DNA from: Pseudomonas sp.
GTDB taxonomy: Bacteria; Pseudomonadota; Gammaproteobacteria; Pseudomonadales; Pseudomonadaceae
Assembly (NCBI GenBank): GCA_036561825.1
Contig: DATCUN010000261.1
Span: 1-51,531, forward strand
Length of the DNA: 51,531 nucleotides
Direction of reading: 5' to 3'
Shown here: positions 1-10,038 of the stretch, in pieces
Position numbering within the stretch: the stretch's first letter is position 1
Layout of the letters: each line of letters starts with the position of its first letter
Position numbers and translations under genes: made by a program
Notes under the pieces: model-generated
Told to the model about the DNA's origin: nothing
The model's input: only the letters and a program-made list of their open reading frames with translations
The model's database searches: none

Positions 1-1110
1 CGGCGCGAGGCGCCCTGTGCGCTGGCCGGCCGCTGCGGTGGCTGCATCCTGCAGCACCTGTCGCATGCCGAGCAGGTTGCCCTGAAACAGCGCGCGCTGG
101 CCGAGCAGCTGCACCGTCTTGCGGCGCTGGCGCCGCAGGAATGGGCGCCGCCGCTGCTCGGGCCGGAGTTCGGCTACCGGCGGCGGGCGCGCATTGCCGT
201 GCGCTACAGCCCCAAAAGTGGGCAGCTGGAGGTCGGTTTTCGGGCGGCGGCAAGTCAGGCGATAGTCGAGCTGGACCAGTGCGCGGTACTGGTACAGGCT
301 TTGCAACCGCTGTTCGCCGCGCTGCCCGGGGTACTGCGCCGCCTGCGCAAGCCGCAGGCCATCGGTCATGTCGAGCTGTTCCACGGCACCGCCAGTGCGC
401 TGCTGGTACGCCATACCCAGGGGCTGGCGGAGGAGGATCGCCAGCTGCTGCGCGCCTTCTGCAGCGAGCAGGGCGCCCAGCTGTGGTGGCAGGGCGAAGG
501 CGAGCCGCAGGCGGACGATCCCGCCCAGCCGCTGGGCTACCGGCTGGAGGCCTGCGATTTGACCCTGGCCTGGCGGCCGGGCGACTTCGTCCAGGTCAAT
601 GCGCCGGTCAACGAGCTGATGCTGGCGCAGGCGTTGGAGTGGCTGGCGCCGCAAGCCGACGAGCGGGTGCTCGATCTGTTCTGCGGCTTGGGCAACTTCG
701 CCCTGCCGCTGGCGCAGCGCGCCGCGGAGGTGGTCGGCGTGGAGGGCGTGCAGGGGATGGTCGAGCGTGCCGCTGCGAATGCGACGGCCAACGGCTTGGG
801 CAATGCGCACTTTTTCCGCGCCGACCTGTCCGAGCCACTGGCGCAGGCGCCGTGGGCCAAGGGCGGTTTTGCCGCCGTACTGCTGGATCCGCCGCGCGAT
901 GGCGCGGCGGCGGTAGTCGGCCAGCTGCGCAGCCTCGGCGCGCAGCGCGTGCTTTATGTGTCGTGCAACCCGGCCACGCTGGCGCGCGACGCGGCAATAC
1001 TGGCGCAGCAGGGCTATCGCCTGAAGCGCGCCGGGATCCTCGACATGTTCCCGCAGACGGCACATGTCGAGGCGATGGCTTTGTTCGAAGCGGGCGCGGA
1101 GCGTCCGTAG
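1..1110 (+). CDS. rlmD: 23S rRNA m5U1939 methyltransferase (5'-truncated by window)
   Basis: Frame 1 open from base 1 ([15 protein letters not shown] Fe-S motif); [12 protein letters not shown] motif, [27 protein letters not shown]; directly upstream of relA. Confidence 0.95.
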   Translation, partial: RREAPCALAGRCGGCILQHLSHAEQVALKQRALAEQLHRLAALAPQEWAPPLLGPEFGYRRRARIAVRYSPKSGQLEVGFRAAASQAIVELDQCAVLVQALQPLFAALPGVLRRLRKPQAIGHVELFHGTASALLVRHTQGLAEEDRQLLRAFCSEQGAQLWWQGEGEPQADDPAQPLGYRLEACDLTLAWRPGDFVQVNAPVNELMLAQALEWLAPQADERVLDLFCGLGNFALPLAQRAAEVVGVEGVQGMVERAAANATANGLGNAHFFRADLSEPLAQAPWAKGGFAAVLLDPPRDGAAAVVGQLRSLGAQRVLYVSCNPATLARDAAILAQQGYRLKRAGILDMFPQTAHVEAMALFEAGAERP

Positions 1111-1257
1111 CGGGTCGCAGATAGAGCCGGCATCAGCCGTCGCTGTTTCACGACCTGTCCATAACCGACCCGCAGAAGGCCGGCTCAATCAGGATCTGCA
1201 GCAGATTCTGGACCAGACGTGGCGGCTGCCGCGTCGTGGCAGGAAAGGTAGAAGACG

Positions 1258-3504
1258 ATGGTACAGGTAAGAGCGGAACAGCCGATCAACACCGACGGCA
1301 GCATCAACCTCGAGGCCTGGCTGGATCACATCCTCGATGTCGATCCGGCCCTTGATCGCGACAGCTTGCGCAAGGCCTGCGAGGTCGCCCGCGAGGCCGA
1401 GCAGCAGGCGATCGCCGTCCAGCACATCTGGGCCGAAGGCATGTCCAGTTTCCGCACCGGGCTGGAAATCGCCGAAATTCTCGCCGACCTCAAGCTCGAC
1501 CAGGAATCGCTGATTGCCGCGGTGCTCTATCGCGGCGTGCGCGAGGGCAAGGTGCAGCTGGAGGTGGTGGAGAAGGACTTCGGCGTCCCGGTGGCCACGC
1601 TGATCGAGGGCGTGCTGCGCATGGCGGCGATCAGCACCAGTCTGAGCCCGCGCCAGTCGCTGGTGCTCGGTACCCAGGCGCAGGTGGAGAACCTGCGCAA
1701 GATGCTGGTGGCGATGATCGACGACGTGCGCGTGGCGCTGATCAAGCTGGCCGAGCGTACCTGTGCCATCCGCGCGGTGAAGAATGCCGACGACGACAAG
1801 CGCTACCGCGTCGCCCGCGAAGTGTTCGACATCTACGCGCCGCTGGCCCATCGCCTGGGCATCGGCCACATCAAGTGGGAGCTGGAGGACCTGTCGTTCC
1901 GCTACCTGCAGCCCGAGCAGTACAAGCAGATCGCCAAGCTGCTGCACGAGCGGCGCCTGGATCGCGAGCAGTACATCAACCAGGTCATGCAGCAGCTGCG
2001 CGACGAGCTCACGGCCACCGGCATCGAGGCCGACATCAGCGGCCGGGCCAAACACATCTATTCGATCTGGCGCAAGATGCAGCGCAAGGGCCTCGAGTTC
2101 AGCCAGATCTACGACGTGCGCGCGGTGCGCGTGCTGGTGCCGGAGGTGCGTGACTGCTACACCGCGCTGGGAATCGTGCACACCCTGTGGCGGCACATTC
2201 CCAAGGAGTTCGACGATTACATCGCCAACCCCAAGGAGAACGGCTACCGCTCGCTGCACACCGCGGTGATCGGCCCCGAGGGTAAGGTGCTGGAGGTGCA
2301 GATCCGCACCCAGGCCATGCACGAGGAGGCCGAGCTGGGGGTGTGCGCGCACTGGCTGTACAAGGGCACCGACGTCAATTCCGGCTCCAGCCACTACGAG
2401 GAGAAGATCGCCTGGCTGCGCCAGGTGCTCGAATGGCACGAGGAACTGGGCGACATCGGCGGCCTGGCCGAGCAGCTGCGCGTCGACATCGAGCAGGACC
2501 GGGTCTACGTGTTCACGCCCGACGGCCATGCCATCGACCTGCCCACCGGCGCCACGCCGCTGGACTTCGCCTATCGCGTGCACACCGAGATCGGCCACAA
2601 CTGCCGTGGCGCCAAGGTCAACGGCAGGATCGTGCCGCTCAGCTACAGCCTGCAGACCGGCGAGCAGGTGGAGATCATCACCGGCAAGCACGGCGCGCCG
2701 AGCCGCGACTGGCTCAACCCCAACCTCGGCTACGTGACCACCTCACGGGCGCGGGCGAAGATCGTCCACTGGTTCAAGCTGCAGGCCCGCGACCAGAACG
2801 TGATCGCCGGCAAGAGCTACCTCGAGCGCGAGCTGGCGCGTCTGGCGCTGACGGCGGTCGACGCCGAGCGGCTGGCCGAGAAGTGCAACCTGAAGAGCAC
2901 CGAGGACATGTACGCGGCCCTCGGTGCCGGCGACCTGCGCTTGGCCCAGGTGGTCAACGCCGCGCAGCAGCTGGTCGAGCCGGAGCGCGGCAACGAAATG
3001 CTCGACCTGCTGTCGCGGCGCGGTCCCAGCGGGCGCAGCGGCGGGCGCGACGAGATCCAGATCCTCGGCGTCGGCAACCTGCTCACCCAGATGGCCGGCT
3101 GCTGCCAGCCGGTGCCGGGCGAGCCGATCGTCGGCTACATCACCCAGGGCCGCGGGGTGAGTATCCATCGCCAGGACTGCCCGATGGCCTTGCAGCAGAC
3201 CGAGCGCGAGCCCGAGCGGATGATCCAGGTCAGCTGGGGCCAGGCACCGGCGAAGACCTACCCGGTGGATATCCAGATCCGCGCCTACGACCGCTCCGGC
3301 CTGCTGCGCGACGTGTCGCAGATGCTGCTCAACGAGAAGATCAACGTGCTGGCGGTCAACACCCAGTCGAACAAGAGCGACAACACCGCCAACATGAGCC
3401 TGACCATCGAGATCCCCAGCATGGCGGCCCTCGGTCGCCTGCTGGCGCGCATCTCGCAGCTGCCCAACATCATCGAGGCGCGGCGCAGCCGCTCGGGGGC
3501 CTGA
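1258..3504 (+). CDS. relA: GTP pyrophosphokinase, (p)ppGpp synthetase I
   Basis: 748 aa; IYAPLAHRLGI, GRAKHIYSIWRKM, PKENGYRSLHT synthetase motifs; TGS (TPLDFAYRVHT) and C-terminal ACT domains; degenerate HD site. Confidence 0.97.
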   Translation: MVQVRAEQPINTDGSINLEAWLDHILDVDPALDRDSLRKACEVAREAEQQAIAVQHIWAEGMSSFRTGLEIAEILADLKLDQESLIAAVLYRGVREGKVQLEVVEKDFGVPVATLIEGVLRMAAISTSLSPRQSLVLGTQAQVENLRKMLVAMIDDVRVALIKLAERTCAIRAVKNADDDKRYRVAREVFDIYAPLAHRLGIGHIKWELEDLSFRYLQPEQYKQIAKLLHERRLDREQYINQVMQQLRDELTATGIEADISGRAKHIYSIWRKMQRKGLEFSQIYDVRAVRVLVPEVRDCYTALGIVHTLWRHIPKEFDDYIANPKENGYRSLHTAVIGPEGKVLEVQIRTQAMHEEAELGVCAHWLYKGTDVNSGSSHYEEKIAWLRQVLEWHEELGDIGGLAEQLRVDIEQDRVYVFTPDGHAIDLPTGATPLDFAYRVHTEIGHNCRGAKVNGRIVPLSYSLQTGEQVEIITGKHGAPSRDWLNPNLGYVTTSRARAKIVHWFKLQARDQNVIAGKSYLERELARLALTAVDAERLAEKCNLKSTEDMYAALGAGDLRLAQVVNAAQQLVEPERGNEMLDLLSRRGPSGRSGGRDEIQILGVGNLLTQMAGCCQPVPGEPIVGYITQGRGVSIHRQDCPMALQQTEREPERMIQVSWGQAPAKTYPVDIQIRAYDRSGLLRDVSQMLLNEKINVLAVNTQSNKSDNTANMSLTIEIPSMAALGRLLARISQLPNIIEARRSRSGA

Positions 3505-3511
3505 GGTGGAC

Positions 3512-4348
3512 ATGTACCGACTGGACGACCTGCTGCACCTGATGGCGCGCCTGCGCGACCCGCAGAGCGGCTGCCCGTGGGATCTTGCCCAGGACTACGC
3601 CAGCATCGTGCCGCACACCCTCGAGGAAGCCTACGAGGTGGCCGACGCCATCGAGCGCGGCGACTTCGCCCACCTGCCGGGCGAGCTCGGCGACCTGCTG
3701 TTCCAGGTGGTCTACTACAGCCAGCTGGGCCGCGAGGAGGGCCGCTTCGACTTCGCCGCGGTGGTCGACGGCATCACCCGCAAGCTGGTGCGCCGCCATC
3801 CCCATGTGTTCCCCGACGGCGACCTGTACGGCGCGGCGGATCTGCCGCAGCTCGACGAGGCGGCGATCAAGCGGCGCTGGGAGGAGATCAAGGCCGAGGA
3901 GCGCGCCGAGAAGGCCGCTGCCCCTGAGCAGCTGTCGCTGCTCGACGACATTCCGCAGGCGCTGCCGGCGCTGTCGCGGGCGGCCAAGCTGCAGAAGCGC
4001 GCGGCCCAGGTCGGCTTCGACTGGCCGGCACCGCTGCCGGTGCTGGACAAGCTGCAGGAGGAGCTCGACGAGGTGCTCGAGGCGATGGCCGAGGGCGACC
4101 AGGAGCACATCGCCGAGGAGCTCGGCGACCTGCTGTTCGTGGTGGTCAACCTGGCGCGCCACCTCAAGGTCGAGCCGGAGGCGGCGTTGCGCGCCGCCAA
4201 CGGCAAGTTCGAGCGGCGCTTCCAGTTCATCGAGCGGGCGGTGCGCGCCAGCGGGCGGGCGCTGGGCGACTGCAGTCTCGACGAGCTGGACGCCCTGTGG
4301 GGCGAGGCCAAGCGCGCCGAGCGCCAGCAGACGGGCTGCGGCGGCTGA
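3512..4348 (+). CDS. mazG: Nucleoside triphosphate pyrophosphohydrolase MazG
   Basis: RLRDPQSGCPWD, EEAYEV, ELGDLL twice, RRHPHVF; ATG 3512 after GAGG; follows relA. Confidence 0.95.
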   Translation: MYRLDDLLHLMARLRDPQSGCPWDLAQDYASIVPHTLEEAYEVADAIERGDFAHLPGELGDLLFQVVYYSQLGREEGRFDFAAVVDGITRKLVRRHPHVFPDGDLYGAADLPQLDEAAIKRRWEEIKAEERAEKAAAPEQLSLLDDIPQALPALSRAAKLQKRAAQVGFDWPAPLPVLDKLQEELDEVLEAMAEGDQEHIAEELGDLLFVVVNLARHLKVEPEAALRAANGKFERRFQFIERAVRASGRALGDCSLDELDALWGEAKRAERQQTGCGG

Positions 4349-4399
4349 GGGGCGCAGGCGGGAAGGGAGCGGGGCCGTGGCGGCCCCGCAGCAGGACGA

Positions 4400-5332
4400 T
4401 CAGACGATCCAGCGATACAGCAGCACGGCGATCGCCACGGCGGCGATCGGGCGCAGGACGCGGTAGGCCTTGGGATTCTTGCGCTTGAACTGGCGGATCA
4501 CCCCGCCAACGGCGTTGCCCACCCGCTTGAAGCCGCTGTAGGCGCGGTTGATCGCGCCGACCCGCTCGCCCTCGACGTTCTGCGGCGCGGTGGCGCGGCC
4601 CAGGGTGCGGCTGATCCAGCGGTTGAAGCCGGCCAGCGGCTCCGGCAGCGGACGCTCGACGTCGCAGAACAGGATCAGTCGGTCGGCGTCGGTCTCGTTC
4701 TTCACCCAGTGCACGTAGGTCTCGTCGAACATCATGTCCTCGCCGTCGCGCCAGGCGCGCGGCTGTCCGTCGACGAAGATGCGGCAGGCGTCGGAGTTCG
4801 GTGTGGCCAGCCCCAGGTGGTAGCGCAGCGAGCCGCCGAAGGGGTCGCGGTGCGGGTTGAGATGGCTGCCGGCCGGCAGCATGGTGAACATGGCGCCCTT
4901 CACCGAGGGGATCTGCCCCAGCAGCTCGAGGGTCTTCGGGCACAGCTTGGCGGCCGAGGGCAGCGGCTGCTCGTCGTACCAGGTCAGGTAGAAACGCTTC
5001 CAGCCGCGCTTGAAGAACGAACCGAAACCGGCCTCGTTGTCGTGCAGGGCGGCGCGGATATAGCCCTCGTCGAACAGCGCCAGGGCCTCCTCGCGGATGG
5101 TCTGCCAGTTGTCGCGCAGCAGGTCCAGTTCGGGGAAGTCGCGGCGCTCGATGTAGGGCTGCGAGGGCGTGCGCGAGAACAGGTACATCAGCGAGTTGTA
5201 CGGGCTGAACAGCGACGAGTGGTTGACCATCTGACGCAGCAGCGGCAGGCGGGCCTGGCCGCGCAGGTGCACGTACAGGTTGCTGGCGACGAAGGCGCCG
5301 AGCAGGGAAACCTTGATGAGGGTTGCAGGCAT
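4400..5332 (-). CDS. lpxO: Aspartyl/asparaginyl beta-hydroxylase family, lipid A 2-hydroxylase LpxO-like
   Basis: GFGSFFKRGWKRFYL, HRDPFGGSLRYHLGL, FDETYVH 2-oxoglutarate dioxygenase motifs; terminal hydrophobic anchors. Confidence 0.85.
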   Translation of the reverse strand: MPATLIKVSLLGAFVASNLYVHLRGQARLPLLRQMVNHSSLFSPYNSLMYLFSRTPSQPYIERRDFPELDLLRDNWQTIREEALALFDEGYIRAALHDNEAGFGSFFKRGWKRFYLTWYDEQPLPSAAKLCPKTLELLGQIPSVKGAMFTMLPAGSHLNPHRDPFGGSLRYHLGLATPNSDACRIFVDGQPRAWRDGEDMMFDETYVHWVKNETDADRLILFCDVERPLPEPLAGFNRWISRTLGRATAPQNVEGERVGAINRAYSGFKRVGNAVGGVIRQFKRKNPKAYRVLRPIAAVAIAVLLYRWIV

Positions 5333-5560
5333 GGCCTAGTCCATCATGGCGGAAGCGAAGGGGGCAATTATGGGCCTCTGTGTCCGGCAAACACCAGTGG
5401 CGGGGTGGCTAATGCGGCATAATGCCGTGCCGAGACGATGGGGGGCTTGCGCAACGCATGGGCAAGCCGGAGGATCGGCGGGCTGCAAACGCCTGTGGCT
5501 CCCCCTCTCCTGAATTGAATGAACGCCCGGCGGCGCCGGGCTGTTGGATGATCCTTTACG

Positions 5561-6103
5561 ATGAGCATGTCATTGCGCGACCAGCTGCTCAAGGCGGGAC
5601 TGGTCAACGAGAAGCAGGCCAAACAGGCCACCAAGCAGAAGCAGAAGCAGCAGCGTCTGGAGCACAAGGGCCAGGCGGAGAAGGACGACTCGCAGCGCCA
5701 GGCCGCGCTGCAGGCGCAGGCGGAGAAAACTGCCCGCGACCTGGAGCTGAACCGCCAGCAGCAGGAAAAGGTGCAGAAGAAGGCGCTGGCCGCGCAGGTC
5801 AAGCAGCTGATCGAAAGCAGCCGCCTGCCGCGTCTGGAGGGCGACGACTACTACAACTTCGTCGACGACAAGAAGGTCAAGCGCATCACGGTCAACCCGA
5901 TGCTGCGCGACAAGCTCAGCCGCGGCACCTTGGCCATCGTGCGCCTGGAGGGCAAGTACGAGCTGATCCCGCGCGAGGCGGCGCTGAAGGTGCAGGAGCG
6001 CGAGCCGCAGCGGATCATCGTGCTCAACGTCGCCAGCGAGGTGCCGGACGACGAGGACGATCCGTACAAGGATTACGTGGTGCCCGACGATCTCATGTGG
6101 TGA
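5561..6103 (+). CDS. DUF2058 (YaiL-like) protein
   Basis: SLRDQLLKAGLV start and DDPYKDYVVPDDLMW end, typical of the family. Confidence 0.85.
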   Translation: MSMSLRDQLLKAGLVNEKQAKQATKQKQKQQRLEHKGQAEKDDSQRQAALQAQAEKTARDLELNRQQQEKVQKKALAAQVKQLIESSRLPRLEGDDYYNFVDDKKVKRITVNPMLRDKLSRGTLAIVRLEGKYELIPREAALKVQEREPQRIIVLNVASEVPDDEDDPYKDYVVPDDLMW

Positions 6104-6244
6104 AAGCCTGTTCACGACCCGCTGCGCGTCGGCCATGCTGCGTTGCAATCGGTTTCGGAATGCTCATTTGCAATCAGCAAACTCCGCTTCCTCAACCGAT
6201 TGCGCCTTGCCTGGCTCTAGCTCGCAGGCTCGTGAGCAGGCTTT
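6103..6244. repeat. ~142-bp structured intergenic element, copy 1 (MITE-like or ncRNA)
   Basis: Terminal inverted repeats AAAGCCTGTTCACGA / TCGTGAGCAGGCTTT; core 6121-6225 matches 30431-30535 at 102 of 105 nt. Confidence 0.9.
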
Positions 6245-6264
6245 GAAAGAGTGGCTTCGGCAGA

Positions 6265-6299
6265 ATGAAAAACGCCCGGCATGCGCCGGGCGTTTTCAT
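6265..6299. terminator. Bidirectional intrinsic terminator
   Basis: AAAACGCCCGGC-ATGC-GCCGGGCGTTTT between convergent genes. Confidence 0.85.
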
Positions 6300-6311
6300 G
6301 TGCGGGCAGGC

Positions 6312-7022
6312 TTACTTGCCCTGCACGTTGCGGCCGTTGACCGCGCCCTGCTTGAGCATGATCTGGTATTCCTTGCCGTCCTTTTCCACCTGGTGCAGGC
6401 GCACCAGCAGATGGCCCCAGTCCTTGGCGAACCACAGCACGGTCTGGCGATTGGACTTGGTGGGGTCGCGCACGCGTTCCACCTTGAGCGCGTCGATCTG
6501 TCCGGCCTCGGTCTGCACCTGTTCCTCGCCGAGCACGCGGAAGTCGTAGGTTTCGATCTCGTCGCCGTCGAGCACCTGGTAGGTCATGCTCTTCTTGCCG
6601 GCGGCGACATCTTCCTGCAGGGCCAGCTGGTAGGTCGACTTGTCCAGCAGGCCGCTTTTCAGCACCAGTTTCACCGGCGTGTCGCGGTCGTTGCCGGTCA
6701 CCAGCTTGGTCTTCCAGTCGAAGTCGTGGGCGACCTTCTTGCTCTTGCCCAGGCCGTTGCGTTCGAAGCGGTAGCTGAGCGGCACGAAGCGCTGGTTGTC
6801 GTAGCGGAAACGACTCACTTCGGTCAGCCCGGACACCAGCATCGAAGCCTTGAACTGCAGCGTCCAGCTGCCGTCGGCGCCCTTGTCCAGCTGGCGCTCG
6901 GCCGTGCCGCTGACCGGCACCTGCTGCCAGTCGGCGGTGTACTGCGCGGTGAAGGGCTCCAGGGCCAGGGCGCTGGCTGGCAGGCCGAACAGGACCAGGG
7001 CAAGCGTTAACGCACGTCGCAT
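6312..7022 (-). CDS. DUF3108 family exported protein
   Basis: ATG 7022 after AGGAG; signal peptide MRRALTLALVLFGLPASALA; GLLDKSTYQLAL and WFAKDW motifs; downstream of purN. Confidence 0.8.
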   Translation of the reverse strand: MRRALTLALVLFGLPASALALEPFTAQYTADWQQVPVSGTAERQLDKGADGSWTLQFKASMLVSGLTEVSRFRYDNQRFVPLSYRFERNGLGKSKKVAHDFDWKTKLVTGNDRDTPVKLVLKSGLLDKSTYQLALQEDVAAGKKSMTYQVLDGDEIETYDFRVLGEEQVQTEAGQIDALKVERVRDPTKSNRQTVLWFAKDWGHLLVRLHQVEKDGKEYQIMLKQGAVNGRNVQGK

Positions 7023-7060
7023 GGCAAATCTCCTGTGGTGACAGACCGTTGCCGGCGGCC

Positions 7061-7723
7061 TCAACGAGGCAGGGGCAGGTCGCGAATTTGCTGGCCGCTG
7101 GCCGGCAGGGGCACGCCGTCCAGTTCCGCACCATGGTTGGCGAGACGCAGGCGGCCTTCAGCGAACCAGCGCACCGCCAGCGGATAGATGTGATGCTCGC
7201 CGATCTGCACCCGCTTGGCCAGCGCCTCGGGGCTGTCGCCGGGCTGCACCGGCACCACGCCCTGTACGACCAGCGGGCCGCCGTCGAGTTCCTCGGTGAC
7301 GAAGTGCACGCTGCAGCCATGCTCGCCATCCCCGGCCTCCAGCGCACGCTGGTGGGTGTGCAGGCCCTTGTGTCTGGGCAGCAGCGACGGATGGATGTTG
7401 AGCAGGCGGCCGTGGTAGTGGTGGACAAAGCCGGCGCTGAGGATGCGCATGAAGCCGGCCAGCACGACCAGGTCGGGCTGGAAGGCGTCGATGGTCTCGA
7501 TCAGCGCGGCATCGAAGGCCTCGCGGCCTGCGAACGCCTTGTGATCCAGCACGGCGGTGGCGATCCCGGCGTTGTGCGCGCGGGTCAGCCCGTAGGCATC
7601 GGCGCGGTTGGAGATCACCGCGCAGATGCGTGCCGGGTTGTCTTCGCCCAGGCTGTCGATCAGCGCCTGCAGGTTGCTGCCGGAGCCGGAGATCAGCACC
7701 ACCACATTGCAGGGCTGGGCCAT
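7061..7723 (-). CDS. purN: Phosphoribosylglycinamide formyltransferase
   Basis: VLISGSGSNLQAL, LAGFMRIL, NIHPSLLP, GCSVHFVTEELDGG; start overlaps purM stop (TGATG). Confidence 0.96.
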   Translation of the reverse strand: MAQPCNVVVLISGSGSNLQALIDSLGEDNPARICAVISNRADAYGLTRAHNAGIATAVLDHKAFAGREAFDAALIETIDAFQPDLVVLAGFMRILSAGFVHHYHGRLLNIHPSLLPRHKGLHTHQRALEAGDGEHGCSVHFVTEELDGGPLVVQGVVPVQPGDSPEALAKRVQIGEHHIYPLAVRWFAEGRLRLANHGAELDGVPLPASGQQIRDLPLPR

Positions 7724-8781
7724 CAGTGGGCCTTCAGGTTGTTCAGCACGACGCGCTCGGCACCCTCGGCGCCGCTGGCGATGCTGCCGATCACCCACGG
7801 CTGCTCGCCGCTGGCGCGCAGGTTGGCGAGGACGGCTTCGACCTGGTCCTGGGCGACGCAGATGACCATGCCGACGCCGCAGTTGAGTACGCGGTGCATC
7901 TCGTGCTCGTCGACGTTGCCCTGCTGCTGCAGCCAGTCGAACACCGCCGGTCGGTTCCAGCTGGCCACGTCGATGATCGCCTGGGCGCCTTCGGGCAGCA
8001 CGCGCGGGATGTTGTCGAGCAGGCCGCCGCCGGTGATGTGGGCCATGGCCTTGACCGCACCGGTGTCCTTGATCAGCTTGAGCAGCGGCTTGACGTAGAT
8101 GCGCGTCGGCGCCATCAGCAGCTCGGTCAGGGCCTTGCCGTCGAGCTGGATCTGCTCGATGTCGGCGCCGGCGACTTCAATGATCTTGCGGATCAGCGAG
8201 TAGCCGTTGGAGTGCGGGCCGGAGGAGGGCAGGGCGATCAGCGCGTCGCCGGCGGCGACTTTCGAGCCGTCGATGATCTCGCTCTTTTCCACCACGCCGA
8301 CGCAGAAGCCGGCCAGATCGTAGTCCTCGCCTTCGTACATGCCGGGCATCTCGGCAGTTTCGCCGCCGACCAGCGAGCAGCCGGCCAGTTCGCAACCGGC
8401 GCCGATGCCGGTGACCACGGTGGCGGCCACGTCGACGTTGAGCTTGCCGGTGGCGTAGTAGTCGAGGAAGAACAGCGGCTCGGCGCCGCACACCACCAGG
8501 TCGTTGACGCACATGGCGACCAGGTCCTGGCCGATGCTGTCGTGCTTGTTGAGGTTCAGCGCCAGGCGCAGCTTGGTGCCGACGCCGTCGGTGCCGGAGA
8601 CCAGCACCGGCTGCTTGTAGCCGGCCGGGATTTCGCACAGGGCGCCGAAGCCGCCCAAGCCGCCCATCACTTCAGGGCGCGCGGTGCGCTTGGCGACGCC
8701 CTTGATGCGTTCGACCAGTGCTTCACCAGCGTCGATGTCTACACCGGCGTCCTTGTAGCTCAGGGAGGGTTGCTTGCTCAT
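7723..8781 (-). CDS. purM: Phosphoribosylformylglycinamidine cyclo-ligase
   Basis: [35 protein letters not shown]. Confidence 0.97.
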   Translation of the reverse strand: MSKQPSLSYKDAGVDIDAGEALVERIKGVAKRTARPEVMGGLGGFGALCEIPAGYKQPVLVSGTDGVGTKLRLALNLNKHDSIGQDLVAMCVNDLVVCGAEPLFFLDYYATGKLNVDVAATVVTGIGAGCELAGCSLVGGETAEMPGMYEGEDYDLAGFCVGVVEKSEIIDGSKVAAGDALIALPSSGPHSNGYSLIRKIIEVAGADIEQIQLDGKALTELLMAPTRIYVKPLLKLIKDTGAVKAMAHITGGGLLDNIPRVLPEGAQAIIDVASWNRPAVFDWLQQQGNVDEHEMHRVLNCGVGMVICVAQDQVEAVLANLRASGEQPWVIGSIASGAEGAERVVLNNLKAH

Positions 8782-8946
8782 AAATCCGGGCCTTTGAAGG
8801 AAGTGCGTGAAAGCCCGCGATTTTAGCATTCTTGCAAGATAGCGGCCATCATGGGCGGTTGCCGCCATCCGGGCGGCTGTTTAAGGTATAGGCTTTGTTT
8901 GTTGCGCGCGTCTGGCGCGCGCCTGTCCCCTTGCCGAGATGCTCGC

Positions 8947-9990
8947 ATGCGCCTGATCGCCCGATGGTTTGCCTTCTGCCTGTTGTTCGCCACCCTGTCG
9001 GCCACGGCTGCCCAGGTTGAGGGTCTGTACGAGGTGCACGAGCCGGTGACGTCGCAGGATCCGGCGGAGCGGGCGGCGGCCATGAGCCGTGCCCTGCAGA
9101 CCCTGGTGGTGCGCCTGACCGGCGATCGCCAGGCGGCGCAGAACCCGCGGCTGCAACCGCTGCTGGCCGATCCGCAGCAGCTGGTGCAGCAGTATGTCTA
9201 CGAGTCCGGTACGCCGGTCACCCTGTCCGTGGTGTTCGATCCGGTGCTCAGCCAGCGCGCCCTCCGCGAGGCCGGCCTGACCCTGCAGACTGCCGAGCGG
9301 GCGAGCGTGCTGGCCTGGTGGCTGAACGAGGCGGATGGCGCCAGCAGTCTGGTGGCCGAGGATCAGCCAGTGGCGGCGACCCTGCGCGCCGCGGCGCAGA
9401 ACCGCGGCGTGCCGCTGAGCCTGCCGCTGGGGGACCTCGACGAACAACTGCTGGCCACGGCCGATACCCTGGCGGGCAGCGATGCCCAGGCGCTGCAGGA
9501 GGCTTCCGCGCGCTACGCAGCGGACGCCCTGCTGGCCGTGGTGGCCCGCGGCGCCGGCGACAGCTGGCAGGCCGACTGGCAGCTGTGGGTCGGCAGCGAG
9601 CGGGTAACGGGTTCGAGCACTGCCGCCAGTCAGGCGGCGCTGGCTGATGCCGTACTCCTCGAGGTGGGTGAAAAGCTGGCCTCGCGCTTCAGCAAGGCCG
9701 GCGCGGCGCAGAGTCTGACCCTCGAGGTGCAGGGCAGCGATCTGGCCCGCTATGCGGCGCTCGAGCGTCTGCTCGAGCCCTTTGCCCCGCGCCTGCTCGA
9801 GGTCTCCAGTGGCGGGCGCCTGGTCTATCAGGTCGACGCCAGCCCCGATCAGCTGCGTTCCCAGCTGCAGCTGGGCCGTCTGCACGAAGTGCCGGCCGAG
9901 GCCGTCGATGCCCAGGGCGCTGTCCCGGCAGCGAACCCGCCGCTGCAGGTACCGGCGGAAACGGCCAAGCGCCTGCGTTTCGCCTGGTAA
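8947..9990 (+). CDS. DUF2066 family exported protein
   Basis: Signal peptide then GLYEVHEPV...ALQTLVVRLTG; divergent from purM. Confidence 0.75.
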   Translation: MRLIARWFAFCLLFATLSATAAQVEGLYEVHEPVTSQDPAERAAAMSRALQTLVVRLTGDRQAAQNPRLQPLLADPQQLVQQYVYESGTPVTLSVVFDPVLSQRALREAGLTLQTAERASVLAWWLNEADGASSLVAEDQPVAATLRAAAQNRGVPLSLPLGDLDEQLLATADTLAGSDAQALQEASARYAADALLAVVARGAGDSWQADWQLWVGSERVTGSSTAASQAALADAVLLEVGEKLASRFSKAGAAQSLTLEVQGSDLARYAALERLLEPFAPRLLEVSSGGRLVYQVDASPDQLRSQLQLGRLHEVPAEAVDAQGAVPAANPPLQVPAETAKRLRFAW

Positions 9991-10038
9991 GCCCGCGGCC
10001 AGGCGGCCGCGTCATGGATTGATGAGTAGAGGGCGCAA

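Noticed and set aside
1258-4348. relA-mazG as part of a mazEF toxin-antitoxin locus
   Set aside because: Only 7 bp separate relA and mazG, so there is no room for mazEF
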